DNA of 64,000 nt from Gemmatimonadales bacterium (lineage in GTDB: Bacteria; Gemmatimonadota; Gemmatimonadetes; Gemmatimonadales; GWC2-71-9). This document shows, one piece after another, positions 1-7,583 of this stretch. A program made the translations under genes and the position numbers. The notes under the pieces were generated by a model, which was not told where the DNA came from, did not search any database, and saw nothing but the letters and a program-made list of their open reading frames with translations. Numbering within the stretch: the stretch's first letter is position 1; every line of letters begins with the position of its first letter. The stretch spans positions 19,728 through 83,727 of the forward strand of contig DATEIR010000127.1 in the NCBI GenBank assembly GCA_035278885.1, read 5' to 3'.

Positions 1-1
1 G

Positions 2-946
2 TGGTATGCCGCCCACCGGGACCTTCCGGTGCCACCCAGCGGCCGCGTCGAGCTGTACTCCGACCCGCCCGACCTTCGGCGCCGGTTCGGTGCGGCGGTC
101 CACGAGGCCGACCTCGTGATCGTGGGCTCGTATGTGCCGGACGGCGTCGCGATCGGGGAATGGGTGACGCGCGTAGCGGGCGGCCTCAGCGCCTTCTACG
201 ACATCGACACGCCGGTCACCCTCGCCAAGCTGGCCAGCGGCGACTACGAGTATCTCTCGCCGGAGCTGATCCCGCGGTACGATCTCTATCTCTCCTTCAC
301 CGGCGGTCCGACCCTGGAACGGCTGGAACGGGTCTACGGCGCGGTGGAGGCCCGCGCCCTCTACTGCTCGGTGGACCCGACGCTGTATCACCCGGAGCCG
401 GTGTTTCCCCGCCACGACCTAGGGTACATGGGCACCTACAGCCCCGACCGGCAGGCGGGGCTCGAGACCCTGCTGCTCCGCACGGCGACCGAGGCTCCGG
501 ACCGCGCGTTCGTGGTGGCGGGCCCGCAGTACCCGAGCTCGATCCAGTGGCCTTCCAACGTGGCGCGGATCGAGCACCTCCCTCCCGACCAGCACCGCCG
601 CTTCTACGCGGGCCAGCGCTTCACGCTGAACCTGACCCGGGCGGCCATGGTGAGCGCGGGGTACTCGCCCAGCGTCCGATTGTTCGAAGCCGCCGCCTGC
701 GGCACACCGATCATCAGCGACTACTGGGCCGGCCTCGACACCGTGCTGACACCCGGTCGGGAGATCCTGGTCGCGACTTCCACCAAAGAGGTGCTGGAGT
801 TCCTCCGTGAGCTGGACGACTCTGAGCGCCAGGCGCTCGGACTGCGGGCGCAGCGCCGGGTGCTGGCGGAGCACACCGCCGCGCACCGGGCCGCGGAGCT
901 CGAAGGCCACGCGCTCAGACTGCTGGCCCGGGAGCCCGCGGCGTGA
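2..946 (+). CDS. CgeB-like (GT1-type) glycosyltransferase, 5' end cut by window edge
   Basis: The frame is open from base 2 (WYAAHRDLPVPPSGRVELYSD) and aligns colinearly with residues ~45 onward of the paralog at 5562-6638 (PYYAAQRDLPELPAGRLILYPD; YDIDTPVTL; LFEAAACGTPI). The N-terminal ~45 aa therefore lie upstream of the window. Confidence 0.75.
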   Translation, partial: WYAAHRDLPVPPSGRVELYSDPPDLRRRFGAAVHEADLVIVGSYVPDGVAIGEWVTRVAGGLSAFYDIDTPVTLAKLASGDYEYLSPELIPRYDLYLSFTGGPTLERLERVYGAVEARALYCSVDPTLYHPEPVFPRHDLGYMGTYSPDRQAGLETLLLRTATEAPDRAFVVAGPQYPSSIQWPSNVARIEHLPPDQHRRFYAGQRFTLNLTRAAMVSAGYSPSVRLFEAAACGTPIISDYWAGLDTVLTPGREILVATSTKEVLEFLRELDDSERQALGLRAQRRVLAEHTAAHRAAELEGHALRLLAREPAA

Positions 947-1701
947 GCTCTCCGGCCGAGCTGGGGCCCTGGTTCCACAACCTGCACCTGCCGGACGGAA
1001 GCCAGACCGCGCCGGACCACTTCCTGGGTGACTTCCCCCGCTACAAATGGGAGGCGCTGGCGCCGTACCTGCCGGCCGATCTCGGCGGATGGACCGCGCT
1101 CGACATCGGCTGCAATGCCGGGTACTACAGCTTCGAGCTCGCCCGGCGCGGGGCGCACGTCACCGGGATCGACGTGGACGAGCACTACCTGCGGCAGGCC
1201 CGCTGGGCCGCGGTGGAATTCGGATTGAGCGACGCCGTCGAGTTCCGTCGGCTCCCGGTGTACCAGCTGCCCGAGCTGGGGCGCCGGTTCGATCTGGTGC
1301 TCTTCATGGGCGTGTTCTATCACCTGCGCTATCCCCTGCTCGGGCTCGATCTGGTTGCGCGCGCGACGCGGCGTCTGGCCGTGTTCCAGACCCTCACCGT
1401 TCCGGGCCAGGAGATCGCCGACACCGCCGACCGCCCGATCGAGGCGCGCGACGGGTTCCTGGAGCCGGGCTGGCCCAAGATGGCCTTCGTCGAGCAGCGC
1501 TTCGCGGGCGACCCGACCAACTGGTGGGTACCCAATCATGCCGCCGTGCTGGCCTTGCTGCGATCGAGCGGGCTCACGGTGCTGAGCGCGCCCGGACACG
1601 AGCTCTACCTCTGCGAGCCCGCGCCGCCCGACGCCCCGACCCGCGCGCCCTACGATTACAGCCCGGAGCTGCTCGCCGCCACGGGACGCGCGAGCGGATA
1701 G
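943..1701 (+). CDS. class I SAM-dependent methyltransferase (DUF1698/CmoB-like fold)
   Basis: SAM motif I LDIGCNAGYYSFELARRGA, followed by FDLVLFMGVFYHLRYPL. The start overlaps the upstream stop by 4 nt. Confidence 0.8.
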   Translation: MSSPAELGPWFHNLHLPDGSQTAPDHFLGDFPRYKWEALAPYLPADLGGWTALDIGCNAGYYSFELARRGAHVTGIDVDEHYLRQARWAAVEFGLSDAVEFRRLPVYQLPELGRRFDLVLFMGVFYHLRYPLLGLDLVARATRRLAVFQTLTVPGQEIADTADRPIEARDGFLEPGWPKMAFVEQRFAGDPTNWWVPNHAAVLALLRSSGLTVLSAPGHELYLCEPAPPDAPTRAPYDYSPELLAATGRASG

Positions 1702-1708
1702 GCGACGC

Positions 1709-3442
1709 ATGATCGTCTACCGGGAGACCCGGCGAAGCGTCGAGCCGGACTCGCTGCTGGCCGATCTCGAGCGCGGCGTCGCCCGCCTCGGCGCTCGCCC
1801 CCCGCACGATGCCATCGTCGGGACCGTCGTAGATCTCGGCATCGCCGAATCGGCGATTCTCGACGCGGTCCATCCCGTGGCCGACGACGATTGCGAGCCG
1901 GATCGTCGCTTCGGCGGGGCTGCGCTCTGCGCGGGACACCTCCTGCTCGACAGCTCGCGGGGGCGGTGGGAGCGCCTGGGCATGTGGACCACGGAGCTGC
2001 TCACCCGCATCCGCGCGACGCGGGACATCCCGCTGCCCGCTCGCTGTGCCGTCACCGTACCGGAAGGGTTCGCGCACTACGCGGTGTGGCCGGAGGCATA
2101 CGCGGCCTCGGCCTTGCGCCTGCATCGCGAGCTCCGGCCGGCTCGTGCATGGGTGATCGGCCTCCGGAGCATCGGAGCGCCACTCTCGGCCGCGGTGGCT
2201 GCCGCGCTCCGGGCCGAGGGATGCGTCGTGCTGAGGCAGACCCTGCGCCCGCGCGGCCATCCGTTCGACCGGCGCCCGGTGCTCGGTGCTCGTCTCATGA
2301 GCCGGCTCCGCGAGGATGCGAGGGACGCATTTTACCTCATCGTGGACGAGGGCCCGGGGTTGAGCGGCTCGTCGTTCGCCGGTGTGGCCGCGGCGCTCTG
2401 CGGGCTCGGCGTTCCCGAAGAGCGTGTCGTGATGCTTCCCAGCTGGCTCACCGAAGGCCGCGACCTCAAGTCGGGCCTTGCTCGGCGTCACTGGTCGAGG
2501 CACCGGCAGTTCGCTCCCGCGCACCAGAGCCCATGGCCTGCCCCCGCGCCACCGGCCCATCTCGACGGCGACGAACGCCTGATGGACCTTTCGGCCGGGC
2601 GGTGGCGGGCAAGACTCCTGGGGGCCGGAACTCCCTGGCCCGCCGTCCACCCGCAGCACGAACGCCGAAAAGCGGCGACCCGGACCCGGTGGTTCGCCTT
2701 CGCCGGGCTGGGGAGGTTCGGGGCACGCACGATCGAGCTGCAGGCGGCGCTGGCGGACGCAGGCCTCGCGCCCCGCCCACTCGCACTCGACCAGGGCATG
2801 CTGGTTCGCGAGCTGGTGGAAGGGACCCCGCTTCCGGCGACCGACCCCGACGGTCCGACGCTGGAGAAGATCGCCGGCTATCTGTGCCATCGTGCGCGGC
2901 ACTATCAAGCAGCCTGTGACGATCGAGCCGCACTGGCCGAGATGGCGCTGAGCAATGCGGGAGAGGCCGGGGGTGGCGAGCTCGCGCACGCCGCGGGCGA
3001 GCGTTTGCGCTCGAGCGGGTTTCCCGGGGATGCACCCGCGGTCGCGCTGGATGGACGAATGCAGCCGCACGAGTGGCTTCGGACCCGCGCCGGCCTGCTC
3101 AAGCTGGATGCCACCGATCATCACGCCGATCACTTCTTCCCAGGCTCCGGTGACATCGCCTGGGACCTGGCCGGAGCCGCCGTCGAGTTCGCCCTCTCGC
3201 GCGACGCCCGGGAGGCGTTCACCCGGTTCTACGTGGCGTGCTCCCGGGACCAGGGACTCGACCGACGCCTGCCGGGCTACATCGTCGCGTACCTGGCGTT
3301 CCGGCTCGGATACGCGAGTCTGGCGGCGGAGACCCTTGCCGGGACGGATGACGGAGCCCGCTTCACCCGGCTCAGCCGACGATATCTCCGGATGCTGCGG
3401 AGGGAGCTTGGAGTGCGGGCCCCTGCGACCACCGGTGTCTGA
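1709..3442 (+). CDS. hypothetical fusion protein: PRTase-like N-terminal half and protein-kinase-like (APH/ChoK-type) C-terminal half
   Basis: YLIVDEGPGLSGSSF resembles the PRPP-binding loop of type I phosphoribosyltransferases. The C-terminal ALDGRMQPHEW...LKLDATDH...GDIAWDLAG resembles the catalytic and activation segments of aminoglycoside/choline-kinase-like phosphotransferases. Composition is coding-like. Confidence 0.6.
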   Translation: MIVYRETRRSVEPDSLLADLERGVARLGARPPHDAIVGTVVDLGIAESAILDAVHPVADDDCEPDRRFGGAALCAGHLLLDSSRGRWERLGMWTTELLTRIRATRDIPLPARCAVTVPEGFAHYAVWPEAYAASALRLHRELRPARAWVIGLRSIGAPLSAAVAAALRAEGCVVLRQTLRPRGHPFDRRPVLGARLMSRLREDARDAFYLIVDEGPGLSGSSFAGVAAALCGLGVPEERVVMLPSWLTEGRDLKSGLARRHWSRHRQFAPAHQSPWPAPAPPAHLDGDERLMDLSAGRWRARLLGAGTPWPAVHPQHERRKAATRTRWFAFAGLGRFGARTIELQAALADAGLAPRPLALDQGMLVRELVEGTPLPATDPDGPTLEKIAGYLCHRARHYQAACDDRAALAEMALSNAGEAGGGELAHAAGERLRSSGFPGDAPAVALDGRMQPHEWLRTRAGLLKLDATDHHADHFFPGSGDIAWDLAGAAVEFALSRDAREAFTRFYVACSRDQGLDRRLPGYIVAYLAFRLGYASLAAETLAGTDDGARFTRLSRRYLRMLRRELGVRAPATTGV

Positions 3443-3932
3443 GCCGCTCGCCGGTTGGGACCTGGTCATCTTCGACGCGGACGACACCCTGCGGTTCACC
3501 ACCATACCCGGACAGCCGAGCCCTCGCGGTTCCGACGAATGGGCCCTGCTGCCCGGTGTGGCCGAGACGCTCAGCTTGGTTCCGTGGATGAGACCCGGCG
3601 GCCCGCGTCTCGGGCTCGCGAGCAACCAGGACCAGATCGGCTACGGATACCTGAGCGAGCGCACCGCCCGCCGTCTGCTGAAAGACCTGGCGCTCGCGGC
3701 CACGGGCACGGTTCCGCCGCCGCCCGCGATACAGCTCTGCCCCCACCGCCTGGAGGTCGCGTGCGACTGTCGCAAGCCGGCGCCCGGGATGCTGCGGCGC
3801 ATCATTGCCTACTACGGCGTTCAGCCCGGCGGGACGCTCTTCGTCGGGAACAGCGAGACCGATCGCGCGGCGGCGGAGTCGGCGGGGGTGCGCTACCGCG
3901 ACGCCGCTCGCGCCTTCAGGCGTAGCGCCTGA
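3435..3932 (+). CDS. HAD-superfamily subfamily IIIA phosphatase (GmhB/histidinol-phosphatase-like)
   Basis: All four HAD motifs are present: DLVIFDADDTL (DxDxT), GLASNQ, CDCRKPAPGM and VGNSETD. The in-frame GTG at 3435 overlaps the upstream stop. The listed ORF 2955-3932 is the same frame with a spurious 5' extension. Confidence 0.8.
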   Translation: MSEPLAGWDLVIFDADDTLRFTTIPGQPSPRGSDEWALLPGVAETLSLVPWMRPGGPRLGLASNQDQIGYGYLSERTARRLLKDLALAATGTVPPPPAIQLCPHRLEVACDCRKPAPGMLRRIIAYYGVQPGGTLFVGNSETDRAAAESAGVRYRDAARAFRRSA

Positions 3933-4800
3933 CCATGGCCGCGCAGAACTCGGCGAACTCCTCGACCCGGCGAGGCGGACTGGTATGGTGAGGGCGGAGG
4001 CCGGCGGACTCCGGAGTGAAGCAAAACGTGAGCGTGAGCTCGAACTCGTCCAGCGCCCGCATCTGGCGATCGAACCACGCCAACGCGCCGGGCCGGAGAC
4101 TGTCGGCCCAGCTCAGGCCGGTTCGCAGCCGCCGCACCCCGAGTCGGCGAAGCCAGCGCACGGCGTCGTCGAGGCGGGGGTCCTCGAAATGCAGCCACTG
4201 GCAGACGCCCAGCTCCGGGGCGTACTTCGCGAACGATGCCAGCGCCGGCTTGGGCGTGCCGTCTTCCCGGATCAACCCCAGATAGAAGTGGCGGTAGTAG
4301 GACGAGCCCTCCGCCTCCCGATGACGGGTGGTCGCCGGCCAGGCGCGGGGCAGATCGAAGAGGCTGTACCAGTGGATCCGCGCGGCCCGGCCGACCAGCA
4401 GCTCCGCGGTGCGGCGAAGCCCGAAGTCCTGCACCTCGTCCGCGCCGAAAGTCGAGACGCCGACCTCGGTCACCCAGACCGGGAGGTCGGTCACCCGCGC
4501 GATCTCCTCGAGCTTGTCCGGCCATTCGCGCAGCTGCCAGTGGTTCCAGTCGAGCGGAAAGCCGTGTACCGCCACCACGTCTACCCAGTCGAGCACGCCA
4601 TGCGATCGCATGGTGCGGACGAAGGACGGATCGATCGGCGAGATCCCGCCGAGCACCCGGGTGAGCCCGGGGCGCTCGCGGGTGATGGCCTCCGACGCGG
4701 CGCGCACCATCCGGGCGAAGATGCTCCAGTCGGGATCCAGCTCGAAATCCCAGTGAGAAAGATTATTGGGCTCGTTCCAGAGCTTGACCGCCTCGATCAC
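3916..4800 (-). CDS. clan GH-A (TIM-barrel) glycoside hydrolase, apparently circularly permuted
   Basis: KLWNEPNN (acid/base NEP motif) sits at residues 6-13 and LPVWVTEVG (nucleophile motif) mid-protein. The segment that normally opens such barrels (GVCQWLHF... LGVRRLRTGLSWAD ... LTLTFCFTP ... FAEFCAAMVRRYA) is at the C-terminus. The GTG start at 4800 overlaps the upstream TGA, and an in-frame stop at 4813-4815 blocks any longer N-terminus. Confidence 0.7.
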   Translation of the reverse strand: MIEAVKLWNEPNNLSHWDFELDPDWSIFARMVRAASEAITRERPGLTRVLGGISPIDPSFVRTMRSHGVLDWVDVVAVHGFPLDWNHWQLREWPDKLEEIARVTDLPVWVTEVGVSTFGADEVQDFGLRRTAELLVGRAARIHWYSLFDLPRAWPATTRHREAEGSSYYRHFYLGLIREDGTPKPALASFAKYAPELGVCQWLHFEDPRLDDAVRWLRRLGVRRLRTGLSWADSLRPGALAWFDRQMRALDEFELTLTFCFTPESAGLRPHHTSPPRRVEEFAEFCAAMVRRYA

Positions 4801-5558
4801 GCGACCGCTCCCTCACCCGGCCCGGCCTCCATCTCGGCCGGGCCGCGAAGCAGCTCCATGGCCTGGCGGTAGCCGTGCAGCGTGCCTACGTCCATGTAGG
4901 TCGCCCCGGCCCGCACGGCCAGGGCAGACCCGCCTTGCGCCAGATACGTGTTCACCAGCGTGCCGATGTATTCGTCGCGGCGGTCGCGCTCCAGCCAGAG
5001 CCGGTGCAGGGCTCGGAGTGTGCTCCCCATCAGACGGAACGCGCCCCAGATCCATTCCGTGCCCGGATCGGGCTGCTTGACCCGAATCTCCCGCACCCGC
5101 CCATCGGGGTCGGCGAGCACGGCATCGAAGAGCGCCGGGTGGTCCACCGGGAAGAGGAGAAACGACAGCGGCACATCGGGCAGCTCGCGGAGCGCCTCGG
5201 CGGGAAACCAGATGGTATCCGGCAGTCCGACCAGCACCGACTCGTGCTCCGGGATGAACGGCACCCCCCGGAAGATCGCGTCGCACAGGCCCCCTGGCGT
5301 GGGCTGGACGGTATAGCAGAGGTCGGCGCCCACCCGTCGTGTTCCGTAGTACTCCAGAATGTCGGACTTGCCGGGCGCGATCACGAAGCAGATCCGGTCG
5401 GCGCCGCCGAGCACCATCCGCTCCACCAGATACTCGCTCACCGCCCGTGGCCGCTCGGCACCGCCTTCCACTCGGCTGCCCACCGGGAGGAGCTCCTTGG
5501 AGAAGGCCAGCGGCTGGATCCGGGAGCCCGCGCCGGCCGCGGGTACGATGCCCCACAT
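4797..5558 (-). CDS. sugar-1-phosphate nucleotidyltransferase (RmlA/GlmU-N-like)
   Basis: N-terminal GIVPAAGAGSRIQPLAFSKELLPV matches the G-x-G-t-R-l nucleotidyltransferase signature. It is translationally coupled to the downstream hydrolase. Confidence 0.75.
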   Translation of the reverse strand: MWGIVPAAGAGSRIQPLAFSKELLPVGSRVEGGAERPRAVSEYLVERMVLGGADRICFVIAPGKSDILEYYGTRRVGADLCYTVQPTPGGLCDAIFRGVPFIPEHESVLVGLPDTIWFPAEALRELPDVPLSFLLFPVDHPALFDAVLADPDGRVREIRVKQPDPGTEWIWGAFRLMGSTLRALHRLWLERDRRDEYIGTLVNTYLAQGGSALAVRAGATYMDVGTLHGYRQAMELLRGPAEMEAGPGEGAVA

Positions 5559-5561
5559 CGG

Positions 5562-6638
5562 TCAGGCGCCCACGCTCAAGGCGCCCTCGAGCATCTCCAC
5601 CAGTTGGGCGCCCCGTCGCGCCGACGTGTGCTCGGCCAGCACCCGCTCGCGGGCGGCGCAGCCGATCCGCTCCAATTCCGCGTCGCTCAGCTCCATCGCC
5701 TCGAGCACATCTTCCGTGCTCGAGACCGTAAGGAGCTCCTCGCCCGGGGTGAAGAACTCGCTCAGCCCTTCCCACGAGTCCGTCACGACCGGCGTGGCGC
5801 ACGCGGCAGCCTCGAACAGGCGGCCCGACGGGCAGTAGCCGAAGTCCGCCATCGGCTCCCGGGTCACATTGAGGGTCAGGCGGGAGGACGAGTAGAAGGC
5901 GGGATGCTCCGCCGGCGGGAGGTGGCGCACGAAGTGGATGTTCTCGGTCCAGGGAAAGTCCTGCGGGTACTGCGCGCCGCCCATCACGAAACGGGCATCG
6001 GGCCGCCGGCACGCGGGCGCGATGAAGCAGGCCAGCACACCCCGCTGACGGTCGGCGGAGTAGGTGCCGAGGTAGGAGAGGTCGGCCCGGAACCGGTCCA
6101 CCGGCGGCATGCGGTGATGCACCTGCGGATCGACGCTGCCGTACAGCGGGAGCACCCTTCGCGCCCCCAGCCGCTCCCGCAGCGCGGTGAGCGCGGAGCC
6201 GCCGGTGTAGCTCAAGACCAGATCGTAGTCCGCCAGGCCACGCACGCCGAGGTAGGGCACCGAGTCTCCGCCGGCGAGCCGAGTCAGCGTGACCGGGGTA
6301 TCGAGGTCGTAGAACACGCGGGCGACGCCCGTGCTTCCGAGCACCAGCTCACCGGCCGCGACCCCGTCGGGACAGTAGGAGGTGACGATGGCGACGTCGG
6401 CGTCCCCCAGCTCCCGGCCGGCGAAATCCGTCACTGCCTCCCAGTCCGGATACAGTATCAGCCGCCCCGCCGGCAGCTCGGGCAGATCGCGCTGCGCCGC
6501 GTAATAGGGAAGGTCGCGCTCGAAGAAGACCACGCGGTGACCCAGCGCGGACAGCGCATCCACCAGGCCGCGCCAGAGGGTCGCGTGGCCGTTGCCCCAC
6601 GAGGAACTGATGGACAATCCAAAGACGACCAGCTTCAT
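5562..6638 (-). CDS. CgeB-like (GT1-type) glycosyltransferase, full length
   Basis: 358 aa and a paralog of the ORF at 2-946 (shared YDLDTPVTL, LSY(F)TGG, LFEAAACATPV, AEHT blocks). It is first in the minus-strand operon. Confidence 0.75.
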   Translation of the reverse strand: MKLVVFGLSISSSWGNGHATLWRGLVDALSALGHRVVFFERDLPYYAAQRDLPELPAGRLILYPDWEAVTDFAGRELGDADVAIVTSYCPDGVAAGELVLGSTGVARVFYDLDTPVTLTRLAGGDSVPYLGVRGLADYDLVLSYTGGSALTALRERLGARRVLPLYGSVDPQVHHRMPPVDRFRADLSYLGTYSADRQRGVLACFIAPACRRPDARFVMGGAQYPQDFPWTENIHFVRHLPPAEHPAFYSSSRLTLNVTREPMADFGYCPSGRLFEAAACATPVVTDSWEGLSEFFTPGEELLTVSSTEDVLEAMELSDAELERIGCAARERVLAEHTSARRGAQLVEMLEGALSVGA

Positions 6639-6732
6639 CCCGGCTCCCGAGTTCGACGTTCAAGGTGCCTGGGCCCTGGATGGCCGTGGATGAGTCAGGT
6701 CACACCCCCGCTGTGCGCTCTGGCCTGAGTCC

Positions 6733-7353
6733 ATGGCGACCGTCTTGTTGATCCGGCACGCCCACTGGGAGGGGGTCGGCCACGTGCTCGCGGGCCGCGT
6801 CGAGGGTATCCGACTGAGCCCCCGGGGCACGGTCGAGGCACGGCGTCTGGCCGATGCTCTGGCGACGATCGACCTCGCGGCGGTGTATACCAGCCCCTTG
6901 GAGCGGGCTCGAGACACGGCGATCCCACTCGCGGAGGCGCACGGTCTGGAGGTGCGGGAGGAGACGAGGCTCCTCGAGCTGGACTTCGGTCGCTGGACCG
7001 GGCAATCGATCGCGGCGCTGGAGACCGATCCGTCCTGGCGCAGATTCAACCTGGAGCGCGGCACAACCCGGATTCCCGAGGGCGAGACGATGGGGGAGGC
7101 GGTTGCTCGCGCCCGGGAGGCCCTGCGCGACATCGCGGGAGCGTGGGGGGACGCGCTGGTCGCGGCCGTCAGCCATGGCGACATCATCCGTGGTCTCGTC
7201 GCCGACGCGCTGGGCCTTCCGCTCGAGCGGCTGCTGCAGCTCGAGGTCGATCCGGCATCGGTGAGCATCCTGGTGAACGGGCCGCCCGCCGGGCTTTCGC
7301 TGCTCAACTGGCGGGCGGACCGACTCGGCGCACTGCCGCTGAAGCCGATCTGA
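6733..7353 (+). CDS. histidine phosphatase family protein (phosphoglycerate-mutase-like)
   Basis: LIRHAH (RHG-type motif), YTSPLERARDTA and AVSHGDIIRG motifs. Confidence 0.8.
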   Translation: MATVLLIRHAHWEGVGHVLAGRVEGIRLSPRGTVEARRLADALATIDLAAVYTSPLERARDTAIPLAEAHGLEVREETRLLELDFGRWTGQSIAALETDPSWRRFNLERGTTRIPEGETMGEAVARAREALRDIAGAWGDALVAAVSHGDIIRGLVADALGLPLERLLQLEVDPASVSILVNGPPAGLSLLNWRADRLGALPLKPI

Positions 7354-7472
7354 TCGTGCAGCCTGCGGCGGCGGAGGTCGGGCCTTAACGCCGGCGATGA
7401 CTCGCTCCTCCGGCGACCGCCGGCACGGGACCTAACGGGAACGGATGAGCGTCGTGCGCTAAGCGGTTGTAC

Positions 7473-7486
7473 TGCAATTCATTGCA
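7473..7486. promoter_or_regulatory. perfect 6+2+6 palindrome TGCAATtcATTGCA in an AT-rich patch upstream of the ABC exporter (candidate operator)
   Basis: Read directly from the sequence. It lies ~98 nt upstream of the ATG at 7584, and TTGTAC hexamers occur at 7467-7472 and 7535-7540. Confidence 0.3.
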
Positions 7487-7583
7487 CGTCAGCCAGGAGC
7501 GAGCCGAACGACCAGCTCCTCTGCGCTCCTCGGATTGTACACGCATCTGGTTGGAGGCATTGAACTTGCTGCCCTGAAGCTCG

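Noticed and set aside
3455-3925. 156-aa ORF in an alternative frame over the HAD phosphatase gene. Many short overlapping ORFs of 60-150 aa throughout the window fall in the same class.
   Set aside because: They are Arg/Pro/Gly-rich with no motifs. The competing frame carries all four HAD motifs. For the other short ORFs, the competing frame carries the annotated gene's signatures.
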